Part shown: positions 21,000 through 29,971 of the stretch, one piece after another
How positions within the stretch are numbered: the stretch's first letter is position 1
Layout of the letters: every line of letters begins with the position of its first letter
Origin: Smithella sp.
Lineage (GTDB): Bacteria; Desulfobacterota; Syntrophia; Syntrophales; Smithellaceae
DNA length: 64,000 nt
Reading direction: 5' to 3'
NCBI GenBank assembly: GCA_049517435.1
Contig: JBEKRZ010000001.1
Coordinates: forward strand, 409-64,408
Made by a program: the position numbers and the translations under genes
The notes under the pieces: generated by a model
Seen by the model: the letters and a program-made list of their open reading frames with translations, nothing else
What the model was told of the DNA's origin: nothing
The model's database searches: none

Positions 21000-21872
21000 A
21001 TGTTTAAGGGAGCAATGGTCGCTATTGTTACACCTTTTAAAAACGATCAGGTTGATGAGAACGCTTTGCGCGAGCTCATTGAATTTCAAATTGCCAATGG
21101 AACGGACGCTATTGTTCCTTGCGGCACTACCGGCGAATCGGCGACTCTTACCCATGAAGAACACGACCGGGTTATTGAAATTACCATTGACGCCGTAAAA
21201 AAAAGAGTGCCGGTTATTGCCGGCACAGGATCAAACAATACTGCCGAAGCTTTGCGTTTAACCAAACATGCCTACGAAGCCGGCGCCGATGGAACTCTCA
21301 TCGTCTGTCCATATTATAACCGTCCTACTCAAGAGGGGCTTTATCAGCATTTTAAGACTATTGCCGAAAGCGTTCCTATTCCGATAATACCATATAATAT
21401 CCCCAGCCGTACCGGTGTGAATCTTATGCCGGGAATGGTAGCTAAGCTGGCAAAAATAAAAAATATCGTTGGCATTAAAGAAGCATCCGGCTCTATCACT
21501 CAAATGAGTGAAATTATTAATCTATGCGATAATGATTTTGCTGTCTTATCCGGCGACGATATTTTCACTTTGCCTTTAATGGCGATTGGCGGCGCTGGTG
21601 TTATTTCTACTATCTCTAATGTGGCGCCGGCGGATATGGCAGGACTTATAGATGCGTTTGCCGCCGGTGATATGGTCAGAGCGAAAGCTCTCCATCATAA
21701 GATGAGCGCATTGATCGACGCGCTTTTTATCGAAGTTAATCCAATTCCGGTTAAAGCGGCATTGGCGCTGATGGGTAAAATAGAGTACGAATATAGATTA
21801 CCGCTTTGTAAAATGGCTGAGGCTAATTTTGAAAAGCTAAAGAACGTAATGGTTAATTATGGTTTGATTTAA
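21000..21872 (+). CDS. dapA: 4-hydroxy-tetrahydrodipicolinate synthase.
   Basis: It has GTTGESATLTHEEH, and IVGIKEASG containing the Schiff-base lysine. Confidence 0.94.
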   Translation: MFKGAMVAIVTPFKNDQVDENALRELIEFQIANGTDAIVPCGTTGESATLTHEEHDRVIEITIDAVKKRVPVIAGTGSNNTAEALRLTKHAYEAGADGTLIVCPYYNRPTQEGLYQHFKTIAESVPIPIIPYNIPSRTGVNLMPGMVAKLAKIKNIVGIKEASGSITQMSEIINLCDNDFAVLSGDDIFTLPLMAIGGAGVISTISNVAPADMAGLIDAFAAGDMVRAKALHHKMSALIDALFIEVNPIPVKAALALMGKIEYEYRLPLCKMAEANFEKLKNVMVNYGLI

Positions 21873-22052
21873 TGTGCTGTTTTGCAGAATTGTTCGCACT
21901 GCAAGCGTCAGTGCACTTTGTTGTAGTCCCACTTAGCTTCGCATGTGGGATAATTCATCCAGCAAGTTTCAGCGCGCTTCGCTTCTGAAATTTGGGACTC
22001 ATTACAACTTACAGATATTACTGTGCTGCGCTTGTAATATCTGAGTTTCATT
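21873..22052 (+). repeat. Modular hairpin repeat, filling the dapA-dapB spacer.
   Basis: The segment ...GGGATAATTCATCCAGCAAGTTTCAGCGCGCTTCGCTTCTGAAATTTGGGACTCATTACAACTTACAGATATTACTGTGCTGCGCTTGTAATATCTGAGTTTCAT is near-identical to 23451-23558. Confidence 0.85.
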
Positions 22053-22076
22053 TAAATAATTTAAGGAGATGATTTT

Positions 22077-22889
22077 ATGGTTAAAGCCGTCGTTACCGGA
22101 GCTGGTGGAAGAATGGGTGGCAAAATTATCAGCCTCATTTCCACTACGGAAGGTATCAATGTTGTAGCAGCAGTAGAAATAGCAAGGCACCCCATTGTCG
22201 GCCGTGATATAGGTCAAGGGCTGGGATTGGGTAAAACGGGTATTTTGGTTTGCGACAAATTAATCGATTGTATTGATCAGGCAGATGTTGTTATCGACTT
22301 TACAAATCATGAGACCTCTCTTAATTATTTAAAAATAGCCAACGAAAAAAATCGCGCCATTGTTATCGGCTCCACCGGATTTACTCCTGATGAAATGAAA
22401 AAAATTAAAGAATTGGCCAAAAACACACGCTGTGTATTGACTCCCAACATGAGCGTTGGCGTAAATGTGATGTTAAAAGTTCTGGAATATTGTGCGGGGG
22501 TTCTTAAAGATGATTATGATGTCGAAATTATTGAAGCTCACCATCATTTAAAAAAAGATGCTCCCAGCGGAACGGCAATGCAAATGGCGAAAGTTATCTC
22601 TGATAAATTGGGGCGCAATATGGAGGAGACCGTAGTTTATTCGCGACGAGGTTTGATTGGTGAGAGAACTAAAAAAGAAATAGGGATACAAACAATTCGC
22701 GCCGGTGATATTGTAGGTGATCATACGGTCATCTTTGGCGGAATCGGAGAGAGGCTGGAATTCACTCATCGTGCCCACAATCGCGACAATTTTGCCAAAG
22801 GAGCAATTCGCGCAGCTCAGTGGATTGTCAATCAGGAAAACGGTCTGTATGATATGCAAGATGTTTTAGGATTAAGGGATAAAAATTAA
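22077..22889 (+). CDS. dapB: 4-hydroxy-tetrahydrodipicolinate reductase.
   Basis: It has GAGGRMG for NAD(P) binding and EAHHHLKKDAPSGTA. Confidence 0.94.
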   Translation: MVKAVVTGAGGRMGGKIISLISTTEGINVVAAVEIARHPIVGRDIGQGLGLGKTGILVCDKLIDCIDQADVVIDFTNHETSLNYLKIANEKNRAIVIGSTGFTPDEMKKIKELAKNTRCVLTPNMSVGVNVMLKVLEYCAGVLKDDYDVEIIEAHHHLKKDAPSGTAMQMAKVISDKLGRNMEETVVYSRRGLIGERTKKEIGIQTIRAGDIVGDHTVIFGGIGERLEFTHRAHNRDNFAKGAIRAAQWIVNQENGLYDMQDVLGLRDKN

Positions 22890-22908
22890 AAAAAGGTTTT
22901 AATAAGAT

Positions 22909-23412
22909 TTGAACGGCATTATCTGTTATATTGGGGTTGGTTCTAATTTAGGCAACGCTTTAAAAAACTGCCAATATGCCGTTGAAAGTCTTTCCCGATC
23001 CAAAGGAATTGAGATAACAAGATTTTCGTCTTTTTATAAAACTGAGCCTGTAGGTATTGAGAACCAAAATTTGTTCATAAATGCAGTTATCGAAATTAAG
23101 ACGGTTCTTTCTGCCCATAACCTCTTCCAGTCGTTACAAAACATTGAAAAGAATATGGGCCGCGAAAGGGAAGTTAAAGGCGGCCCGAGAATTATCGATC
23201 TTGACCTCCTTTTTTACGGGCAGGAAGTCATTCAAGACGCTGATTTAATAGTACCGCATACGGAAATTCAGAAACGGCGCTTTATTTTGGAACCACTATG
23301 CGAAATAGCTTCTTATTTTATCCATCCTGCTTTTGGTGTTTCCATTCGCGGGCTGAAAGACAGGTTAAGTGATAATAAAATAGTCGAAATGATCAAAGAA
23401 TCACGGGTATAA
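22909..23412 (+). CDS. folK: 2-amino-4-hydroxy-6-hydroxymethyldihydropteridine pyrophosphokinase.
   Basis: It has the HPPK pattern (IGVGSNLG, RIIDLDLL, PHTEIQKRRFILEPL) and a TTG start. The last three codons and the stop lie inside the repeat terminus. Confidence 0.88.
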   Translation: MNGIICYIGVGSNLGNALKNCQYAVESLSRSKGIEITRFSSFYKTEPVGIENQNLFINAVIEIKTVLSAHNLFQSLQNIEKNMGREREVKGGPRIIDLDLLFYGQEVIQDADLIVPHTEIQKRRFILEPLCEIASYFIHPAFGVSIRGLKDRLSDNKIVEMIKESRV

Positions 23413-23583
23413 ACCCCAAAGCAAGCTGCGGGGTATTAAACCCTCCGCTTAGCGGGATAATTCGTCCAGCAAATTTCAGCGTGCTTCGCTTCTGAAATTT
23501 GGGACTCATTACAACTTACAGATATTACTGCACTGTGCTTGTAATATCTGAGTTTCATTAGAAATTGGAGTTTGAACAATAAA
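23401..23583 (+). repeat. Modular hairpin repeat, long composite copy.
   Basis: It starts TCACGGGTATAAACCCCAAAGCAAGC and ends GGAGTTTGAACAATAAA, with internal modules shared with 21873 and 11591. Confidence 0.9.
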
Positions 23584-23609
23584 AAATCAACCAGTAGCAG
23601 GATATTATT

Positions 23610-23870
23610 ATGTCTCGGTTTTTTGTATTTATAATATTGATTTATTTGGTGTATAGGATAATCAAAAGTATCGGGCAAACAAAGCCGGTAAAAAATGAAA
23701 ATTATCAATTTAAAGCATCGCCAGTTGGGGGAGAAGACTTAGTTGAAGATCCTGTTTGTCATACTTATGTGCCTTTGAGTCAAGCGTTTAAAAAAGAAAT
23801 ATCTGGTAATGACTATTACTTTTGCAGTAAGCTATGCAGTGAAAAATATGTATCAGGAAAAAATAAGTAA
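23610..23870 (+). CDS. Small membrane-anchored YHS/TRASH-domain protein.
   Basis: It has an N-terminal TM helix and a C-terminal DPVCHTYV...YYFCSKLCSEKY, a YHS-type metal-binding motif. Confidence 0.65.
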   Translation: MSRFFVFIILIYLVYRIIKSIGQTKPVKNENYQFKASPVGGEDLVEDPVCHTYVPLSQAFKKEISGNDYYFCSKLCSEKYVSGKNK

Positions 23871-23888
23871 ACACAATTAGGAGAATTT

Positions 23889-24545
23889 ATGAAGTTTTTT
23901 ATTGATACTGCTAATATTGAAGAAATCAAGGAAGGACTTAAGCTCGGAATGGTGGACGGTGTTACTACCAATCCATCGCTTATTGCTAAAGAGAAAAAAG
24001 GTTTTGACGTTGTTATTAAAGATATACTGAAAAATGTAAAAGGGCCGGTAAGTTTGGAAGTAATGAGTATGGAGGCAAAAGCAATGTTTGCCGAAGGCAA
24101 GAAACTTGCACGTTTGGGAAATAATGTTGTCATTAAAGTGCCTCTTTGCACTGAGGGATTGAAGGCAACAAGAATGTTTGCCGAGGCGGGTATTGATGTA
24201 AATCAGACTTTAATATTCTCTCCTTTGCAGGCGCTGATGGCGGCGAAAGCAGGCGCACGTTATGTCAGCCCGTTTGTCGGCCGTTTGGACGATATCGCTC
24301 ATGATGGTATGGAACTGGTGGAACAAATTATTACTATCTACGAAAATTATGCTTATGAAACAGAAGTCATTGTGGCCAGCATCCGCCATCCTCGGCATGT
24401 TTTGGATGCGGCTTTAATGGGCGCAGATATAGCTACAATTCCTTTTAAAGTAATAGCTCAATTGGTTCAACATCCACTAACGGAAAAAGGAATAGAAACG
24501 TTTTTAAAAGATTGGGAAAAAGTGCCCAAAAAATCACGGGTATGA
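23889..24545 (+). CDS. tal: Transaldolase (short type) / fructose-6-phosphate aldolase family.
   Basis: It has [23 protein letters not shown] and IKVP, and a length of about 218 aa typical of subfamily 3B. The last codons and the stop lie in the repeat terminus. Confidence 0.9.
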   Translation: MKFFIDTANIEEIKEGLKLGMVDGVTTNPSLIAKEKKGFDVVIKDILKNVKGPVSLEVMSMEAKAMFAEGKKLARLGNNVVIKVPLCTEGLKATRMFAEAGIDVNQTLIFSPLQALMAAKAGARYVSPFVGRLDDIAHDGMELVEQIITIYENYAYETEVIVASIRHPRHVLDAALMGADIATIPFKVIAQLVQHPLTEKGIETFLKDWEKVPKKSRV

Positions 24546-24649
24546 ACCCCAAAGCAAGCTGCGGGGTATTAACCCCTCCGCTTCGCGGGATTGTTCAACT
24601 TACCAATTCCGCTCCGCTTCGCTTTCGGAATTGGAGTTTCAACAATAAA
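24534..24649 (+). repeat. Modular hairpin repeat, short copy with both conserved termini.
   Basis: TCACGGGTATGAACCCCAAAGCAAGCTGCGGGGTATTAACCCCTCCGCTTCGCGGGATTGTTCAACTTACCAATTCCGCTCCGCTTCGCTTTCGGAATTGGAGTTTCAACAATAAA. Confidence 0.9.
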
Positions 24650-24701
24650 TTTAATCAGCGTTTTGATATTTTTTTGAAATAAATACAACAGGCGTTAAAT
24701 A

Positions 24702-25274
24702 ATGATTTCAAGACATGAAACATTCAATTTACCCAACACAATAACATTGTTGAGAGTTAGTATTGTTCCTTTTCTTTTTATCTTACTTTTAGAGCCCGGC
24801 GAATTCTGGAGCCTGACTTTAGCCATATTATTTGTTATCGCTTCGATTACCGATTTATTCGATGGTTACTTTGCCAGAAAGTACAACTTAATTACAACAA
24901 TGGGGAAATTCCTTGATCCTATTGCTGATAAACTCATAGTCAATACGGCAATGATTCTAATGATTCCTATCCATCGCATACCTGCATGGATTGTGGCCAT
25001 AACAATTATTCGAGATTTGATTGTCGACGTAATAAGAAGTATTGCTTCTTCCGAAGGAATTTATATCCAGGCCAGCAGTTTAGGTAAGCAAAAAACTTTA
25101 GCGCAAAATATAGCGGTAACCGCGCTGATGATCCATTATTCTATTTTCGGTATTGATGCTCATTTTGTTGGAACGGTAATTCTCTATATCGCTTTATTTC
25201 TTACGATTTATTCAGGCATTGATTATTTTATAAAATTTTACCAAACCACGATACAAAAAAATAATCATGACTAG
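24702..25274 (+). CDS. pgsA: CDP-diacylglycerol--glycerol-3-phosphate 3-phosphatidyltransferase.
   Basis: It has the CDP-alcohol phosphatidyltransferase motif DGYFARK...G..LDPIADK and multiple TM segments. Confidence 0.88.
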   Translation: MISRHETFNLPNTITLLRVSIVPFLFILLLEPGEFWSLTLAILFVIASITDLFDGYFARKYNLITTMGKFLDPIADKLIVNTAMILMIPIHRIPAWIVAITIIRDLIVDVIRSIASSEGIYIQASSLGKQKTLAQNIAVTALMIHYSIFGIDAHFVGTVILYIALFLTIYSGIDYFIKFYQTTIQKNNHD

Positions 25275-25434
25275 TTGCGAACATCGTGATTATTTTAAAA
25301 TGATTATACGGGGAAATAAGGATAATTGCTATAGACAAGAAGCATTATCTTGAAAATTGAAGCGATAAATAGATCAATAATTACCGGTAAAAAAATATAT
25401 CGGTTAATTTATGAGCGAGTTTTCATTATTTCTA

Positions 25435-25462
25435 TTGACAAGAGATATCTATTTGTTATATT
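25435..25462 (+). promoter_or_regulatory. Candidate sigma70-type promoter of the tRNA-Gly/tRNA-Cys pair.
   Basis: TTGACA (25435-25440), then a 16-nt spacer, then TATATT (25457-25462). It lies about 20 nt upstream of tRNA-Gly. Confidence 0.5.
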
Positions 25463-25480
25463 CAGCGCCGTTTTCAATGA

Positions 25481-25555
25481 GCGGGCGTAACTCAGCGGTA
25501 GAGTGCTACCTTGCCAAGGTAGACGTCGACGGTTCAAATCCGTTCGCCCGCTCCA
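25481..25555 (+). tRNA. tRNA-Gly (GCC).
   Basis: GCGGGCGTAACTCAGCGGTAGAGTGCTACCTTGCCAAGGTAGACGTCGACGGTTCAAATCCGTTCGCCCGCTCCA. It forms a canonical cloverleaf with a GGTTCAAATCC T-arm. Confidence 0.92.
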
Positions 25556-25565
25556 TTGATTTTAT

Positions 25566-25641
25566 GGCGGCATAGCCAAGTGGCTAAGGCAGCGGTCTGC
25601 AAAACCGTTATTCCCCGGTTCAAGTCCGGGTGCCGCCTCCA
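25566..25641 (+). tRNA. tRNA-Cys (GCA). This is the attachment site of the downstream island.
   Basis: GGCGGCATAGCCAAGTGGCTAAGGCAGCGGTCTGCAAAACCGTTATTCCCCGGTTCAAGTCCGGGTGCCGCCTCCA. The anticodon loop is CTGCAAA. Confidence 0.92.
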
Positions 25642-25705
25642 AGGATTTCAAGGAGTTGCAAGGTCATGGTACTTGCAGCCCTTTCTTTTTTGTGAAGTAA
25701 TTGTG

Positions 25706-25835
25706 AAGTAGGCACGCCTGTCAAGGTCTGATCCCAAATATCTACTGCTTTGACCTTATGGGAAGGCGCAAGATGGGAATAACGGAGGGTCATTGTCAGA
25801 GTCTTGTGTCCTAAAAGTTCTCTCTCAGAGCATTC
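25706..25835 (-). pseudogene. C-terminal remnant of a tyrosine integrase.
   Basis: The minus-strand translation ..SERELLGHKTLTMTLRYSHLAPSHKVKAVDIWDQ matches the integrase LLGH...RY.HL catalytic-Tyr box. An in-frame stop lies immediately upstream and no N-terminal part is present. Confidence 0.7.
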
Positions 25836-25992
25836 TTATAAATAAGGCAGGGTAAGATCAAAATACAACTTCCACACCTATTTTTTGCTTGCCAATAGGA
25901 TATTCAAAAACGGTTTTACAAACAATAATCCCAGTAAAACGGGGAAAAGGCCATCAACAAAAGTGATTAAAAGACTTCCTGCTAATAATTTA

Positions 25993-26244
25993 TCAGGAGT
26001 TGCGTAACTTGAGAAAAGAACCAGAATGGCTGATTCCCAAACCCCAGTATGTTATGGGGAGACGAGCAGCGATGATTGTCGTGGCACCTAAAAGCAAAAG
26101 AGCCTCAAGAGAAATCTCGATACCGACAGATTTTAACAGCACTAAGATAATGAGTAAGTTGGAGCCTTCCATTAATAAAGACTGAAGAATAATGATTATT
26201 GTCGATTTAGGATCGTATTTCTCAGTTAAAGACGTTAGCGTATC
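25993..26244 (-). pseudogene. Possible fragment of a flippase-like / UPF0104 (LPG-synthase TM region) membrane protein.
   Basis: The minus-strand translation ...LLKSVGIEISLEALLLLGATTIIAARLPITYWGLGISHSGSF resembles the family's LPxTPGGxG segment. It is bounded by stops and has no start. Confidence 0.3.
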
Positions 26245-26610
26245 CTAGATCAAAGATGGGATGTAATCCTAGCCTGTCCGTATCCTAATGAATCCTAATA
26301 AGTTTATAAACTTATCAAAACCTATCATTCAACCCCTTACAAACCATTAAGTTAAAATCCTTACTTTTTATAACTTTTTGAATATTAAGAATAAGTAAAA
26401 TTAAAAGGTAAGATAATCACTGAAAGTAAAGACTCAATTTCTTTCTGGAAACTTAACATTTTGCCAAGTAATACGCGCGTAAACGCAATCCTCAGAAAAC
26501 CTAAGTTTTCCAACATATAAAAAAGTGAGTTTATGGACGCTATAAAAAAAAATTATACGCACATTAACGAGAACCTGAAAAAACCTGAACTCAGCAAGCA
26601 CTTCTTTCTA

Positions 26611-26740
26611 TAATGTCATTTTTCTTATTTTCCCGATTCATACAATATTTCGATCAGTAATGAACACTATTCCCGCCCTACATTTTGCGGTTATTATTTT
26701 ATTGACATATAAGAAATCTTTTCTTATTGTTCGCTCATGC
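26611..26740 (+). promoter_or_regulatory. Conserved promoter-leader element, copy A (upstream of the GT-C gene at 26904).
   Basis: It is homologous by eye to 49671-49820. It includes TTGACA (26702-26707), a 17-nt spacer, and TATTGT (26725-26730). Confidence 0.55.
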
Positions 26741-26903
26741 AGGAGCAATATCTTATTAAAAATTTAGGGAAATAAGTATCAGATACCCCAATCGATACCC
26801 GTTATCTGCCCCGATCATTTACTAAAGTGGAAAAAAATGTTGATTCTACGGAATCATCCAGGTAATGACCTTGTTGAAATACTGTTTCGTTGATGAATGA
26901 GTT

Positions 26904-28568
26904 ATGCCGATGGGAAAGAAAAAAAAAGGCCGGCCGGATATAAAAGCATTGAGTCCAAAATCCCTGACTGACCATGGCCCGATACGACAGAAAAGGGCTG
27001 TTGAAGGCCACTGGGATGACAATTTCGCCATTAAATATTGTGGATACGCCTTTCTATTGGCCATTGTGGTCTTAGCTGTTTTTTTGCGAGTCTATGATAT
27101 AAGCGCCAAAGATGTTTGGTGTGACGAAGCCAATTCCGTGATTATTGCGGAGCTAAATCCTTCCGGCATCATTACCCGTATGAGCCATGATGCAAGCCCT
27201 CCACTTTATTATTTGTTATTACATTCCTGGATGTATGCCTTCGGAGAAACGGAATTGGCGTTACGTAGTTTGTCCGTTCTGTTTGGAATTTTGTTGATCA
27301 TCGCTGTTTATTTTACCGGCAAAAGAATATTCTCCGAAAAGGTGGGACTTTCTGCTGCGTTGATTGCCTCTGTGGCCCCGATTCATATCATGTATTCACA
27401 GCAAATCCGGATGTACACACTTCTGCCCCTCATGTCTCTTATGTCCATGTACTACCTGCTGCGCTTTATCCAGGAAAAGAAGATCTCCTTCCTCGCAGGG
27501 TACGGGATATTCACTATACTCAGCCTCTTCACTCATAATTATGGCATATTTCTTCTTCCCGCCCAAGCTTTATTGGTTCTACTTTTTGTGAGACAACGCC
27601 AAATGATTTTGTGGTGGTTCTTTAGTGTTGTCTGCATATGTGCTGTCTATGCCATATGGATCCCATCTCTTTCTGGTCAGATTTCGGCAGTCCCAAAGAC
27701 TGGATGGAGGGATTACTTCTGGAATCTTTACGGCTTCGGAGGATCGCTTTTCATGAGCGCTGCTTCCTTTTCTCCCGGAGGTCCGCTGCCTCCCTATGTG
27801 CCCCTCAATTCTATGCGCTGGATGCCTGTACTGCCGGTAGTTATCATGCTTTTACTACTGATAGCCAGCCTGATTCCTCTATTCAACAAAAAGTATGATC
27901 AGTGGAAAACAGGAGTTGGCTGGCTTGCCGTTTATTGTTTCATTCCTCTGATTTCCGCGGGAATTGTGTCTTATTTACACTCTAATATATACCTCCCGGG
28001 ACGCACTGACCAACTTGTTTTTCCAGCTTTCTGTCTTTTGGCAGCTGTCGGTATTCAACAGTTCCGGCCCGTTTTTCTACGGTACGCAGCAGTTACGCTG
28101 ATTATGGTTTGTTCTTTACTTACATTGTATGATTATTACAGAATCGATCTACAACAAGGGAATAAAATGATAGCGCAAACCATCAAAGAGCGTTTGGCTC
28201 CTGGTGATACAATTCTCTGTACGTCCTTGACAAGGGGATTTCTCGAATATTACCTGAGAGAGGAAAAGCCACGTCCGCATTTCTATTCGTATCCACCGGC
28301 GAAAGGGCGAAGTACAGGCGGTGAAGACGTTGCAGGGCTTCTCAAAAATCCGTGGAAACTGGACGAGCAGACAAAACTGTTGTTCAGCGAGGTCAAAAGC
28401 CATTCCTCAAGTGGACGCTGCTTCATCGTGTATGTGCCAAACGAGGTCAATAAATTTCTGGATGTGACGTTTATAACGAATGTTCCGGCTGGTCAAATAA
28501 CGAATATGGGCAGATTCAAACAATCTCTTTTTCAATTACCTGTTTATATTATTCTGGTTCATTTTTAA
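26904..28568 (+). CDS. GT-C fold membrane glycosyltransferase (ArnT/PMT, GT39/GT83-like).
   Basis: It has more than 10 TM segments, with a DEANS motif in the first periplasmic loop (VWCDEANSVIIAE) and a soluble C-terminal domain. The true start is uncertain. Confidence 0.75.
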   Translation: MPMGKKKKGRPDIKALSPKSLTDHGPIRQKRAVEGHWDDNFAIKYCGYAFLLAIVVLAVFLRVYDISAKDVWCDEANSVIIAELNPSGIITRMSHDASPPLYYLLLHSWMYAFGETELALRSLSVLFGILLIIAVYFTGKRIFSEKVGLSAALIASVAPIHIMYSQQIRMYTLLPLMSLMSMYYLLRFIQEKKISFLAGYGIFTILSLFTHNYGIFLLPAQALLVLLFVRQRQMILWWFFSVVCICAVYAIWIPSLSGQISAVPKTGWRDYFWNLYGFGGSLFMSAASFSPGGPLPPYVPLNSMRWMPVLPVVIMLLLLIASLIPLFNKKYDQWKTGVGWLAVYCFIPLISAGIVSYLHSNIYLPGRTDQLVFPAFCLLAAVGIQQFRPVFLRYAAVTLIMVCSLLTLYDYYRIDLQQGNKMIAQTIKERLAPGDTILCTSLTRGFLEYYLREEKPRPHFYSYPPAKGRSTGGEDVAGLLKNPWKLDEQTKLLFSEVKSHSSSGRCFIVYVPNEVNKFLDVTFITNVPAGQITNMGRFKQSLFQLPVYIILVHF

Positions 28569-28960
28569 CATTAATATTTGGGACATACTCTGGTCATCTG
28601 TTTATACCCGATAAATTTTATTAAAAAAGGTCGCGTTAATCTGGCTTTTAACATTCTTTAGCGTGAAGTAAAGATGCCAGGATTGCGATTATGAATATTT
28701 GATGGGATTCTCCCGCAAGTATAGGCATTCCTGCCAGTCCTGTTATCAGAAACGATAGACGATCGCCAAGTGATCGGGGCTATACTTGAACATTTGGCCT
28801 ATCCGTGTGCGACGGTATCTAGATTGCATGTATTTCCTCCATCATTTGACAATAACAAGGACCTTTACTTGCGGAACAACGGATGTCAAGAGAAGCGTCA
28901 AAACTTTAAGGTCAGGATTATACTTTACAACCACCATGATGATCTATTATTTTATTTTCT

Positions 28961-29944
28961 CTACGCTCCATCTCCACGATGCCGTAAATCAATTTCTTGA
29001 TATTTATGAGAATCTCTGGTTTCCGCCTGCCGAAATCTGATATCCTCGAGCAGGGTCCTGTTGGAGGCCAGCAAATCCGCAACAAGCGCCACCATAATCG
29101 TCTGAAAGCCCATGCCCAAAAGAACCGACGCGAGGATCAGGGACTGGATATGGCCTCCGCCATAGCCTGTAAAATAATAGTAAAGGAATCTAACTCCCAC
29201 TAAAAACCCCAGGCCAAATAAAAGCAGGCCGATCGCGGTAAAGAAACGGAAAGGCCTGTAGAGGATAAAAATCCGGACAATCGTTGTAAACGATTTGAAT
29301 ATATAAACCGGCATACTTTTAATCAGGCGTGATGGTCGCAGGTCCTGATTAACACGCACCGGGATAGAAACGACCGACATGTTTTTTAGACCGGCTTGAA
29401 TGATTGTTTCGATGGTATACGTGTAATTATTGAATACAAGAAACTGCCTTGCCGCGTTTCTGCTAAACGCTCGAAAACCACTCGTCACGTCATCAACGCT
29501 TGTCCGGCTGACAATGCGAACCACCCAGCTTCCGACCTTCTGAAGAATTTTTTTCGGCAGCGAAAAATGACTGATACTGTCAATGGGACGAGCGCCCACA
29601 ACCAGATCGGCGCTTCCGTCCAAAACCGGCCGAGTCAAGGCGGGAATATCGTCTGCACAATATTGATTGTCCGCGTCCGTATTGACAATCACATCCGCAC
29701 CGAGCCGGATACATTCGCGTATTCCACGTGTAAAAGCTCCGGCCAGCCCCCGGTTGCGGGTATGCCTGACAATATAATCCACCCCCGCTTCCTTTGCCAC
29801 TCTCACGGTATCATCGGTGCTGCCGTCGTCAATGACCAGCCATTCCACCTTGTCGAAACCGGGAACAGACCGCGGCAAAGCAGCAAGAGTAATGGGCAAA
29901 GTTTCAGCCTCATTATAACAGGGAATTTGAATAATTAGCTTCAT
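28961..29944 (-). CDS. GT2 polyprenyl-phosphate glycosyltransferase (ArnC/GtrB/DPM1-like) with C-terminal TM helices.
   Basis: It has IQIPCYNEAETL, VIDDGSTDDT, NTDADNQY and two C-terminal TM helices. It is the last gene of the long minus-strand operon. Confidence 0.8.
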   Translation of the reverse strand: MKLIIQIPCYNEAETLPITLAALPRSVPGFDKVEWLVIDDGSTDDTVRVAKEAGVDYIVRHTRNRGLAGAFTRGIRECIRLGADVIVNTDADNQYCADDIPALTRPVLDGSADLVVGARPIDSISHFSLPKKILQKVGSWVVRIVSRTSVDDVTSGFRAFSRNAARQFLVFNNYTYTIETIIQAGLKNMSVVSIPVRVNQDLRPSRLIKSMPVYIFKSFTTIVRIFILYRPFRFFTAIGLLLFGLGFLVGVRFLYYYFTGYGGGHIQSLILASVLLGMGFQTIMVALVADLLASNRTLLEDIRFRQAETRDSHKYQEIDLRHRGDGA

Positions 29945-29971
29945 TATTTCTTCCTTTTCAAGCGATAAAAA

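Noticed and set aside
26919-26927. A9 homopolymer at codons 5-8 of the first GT-C gene, and a second A9 at 50604-50612 in the TPR GT-C gene, as slipped-strand phase-variation switches.
   Set aside because: Comparable A-runs occur in housekeeping contexts of this AT-rich window (for example the argD 5' region at about 15826). Both runs encode Lys-rich linkers, and the true start of the first gene is uncertain. There is no evidence of variability from a single sequence.
28569-28960. Possible decayed gtrA-like small flippase gene in the convergent gap between the GT-C and the ArnC-like GT2.
   Set aside because: Minus-strand translation gives only short hydrophobic fragments (for example ...LSFLITGLAGMPILAGESHQIFIIAILASLLH) broken by stops and frame changes. 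I could not match them to GtrA motifs.
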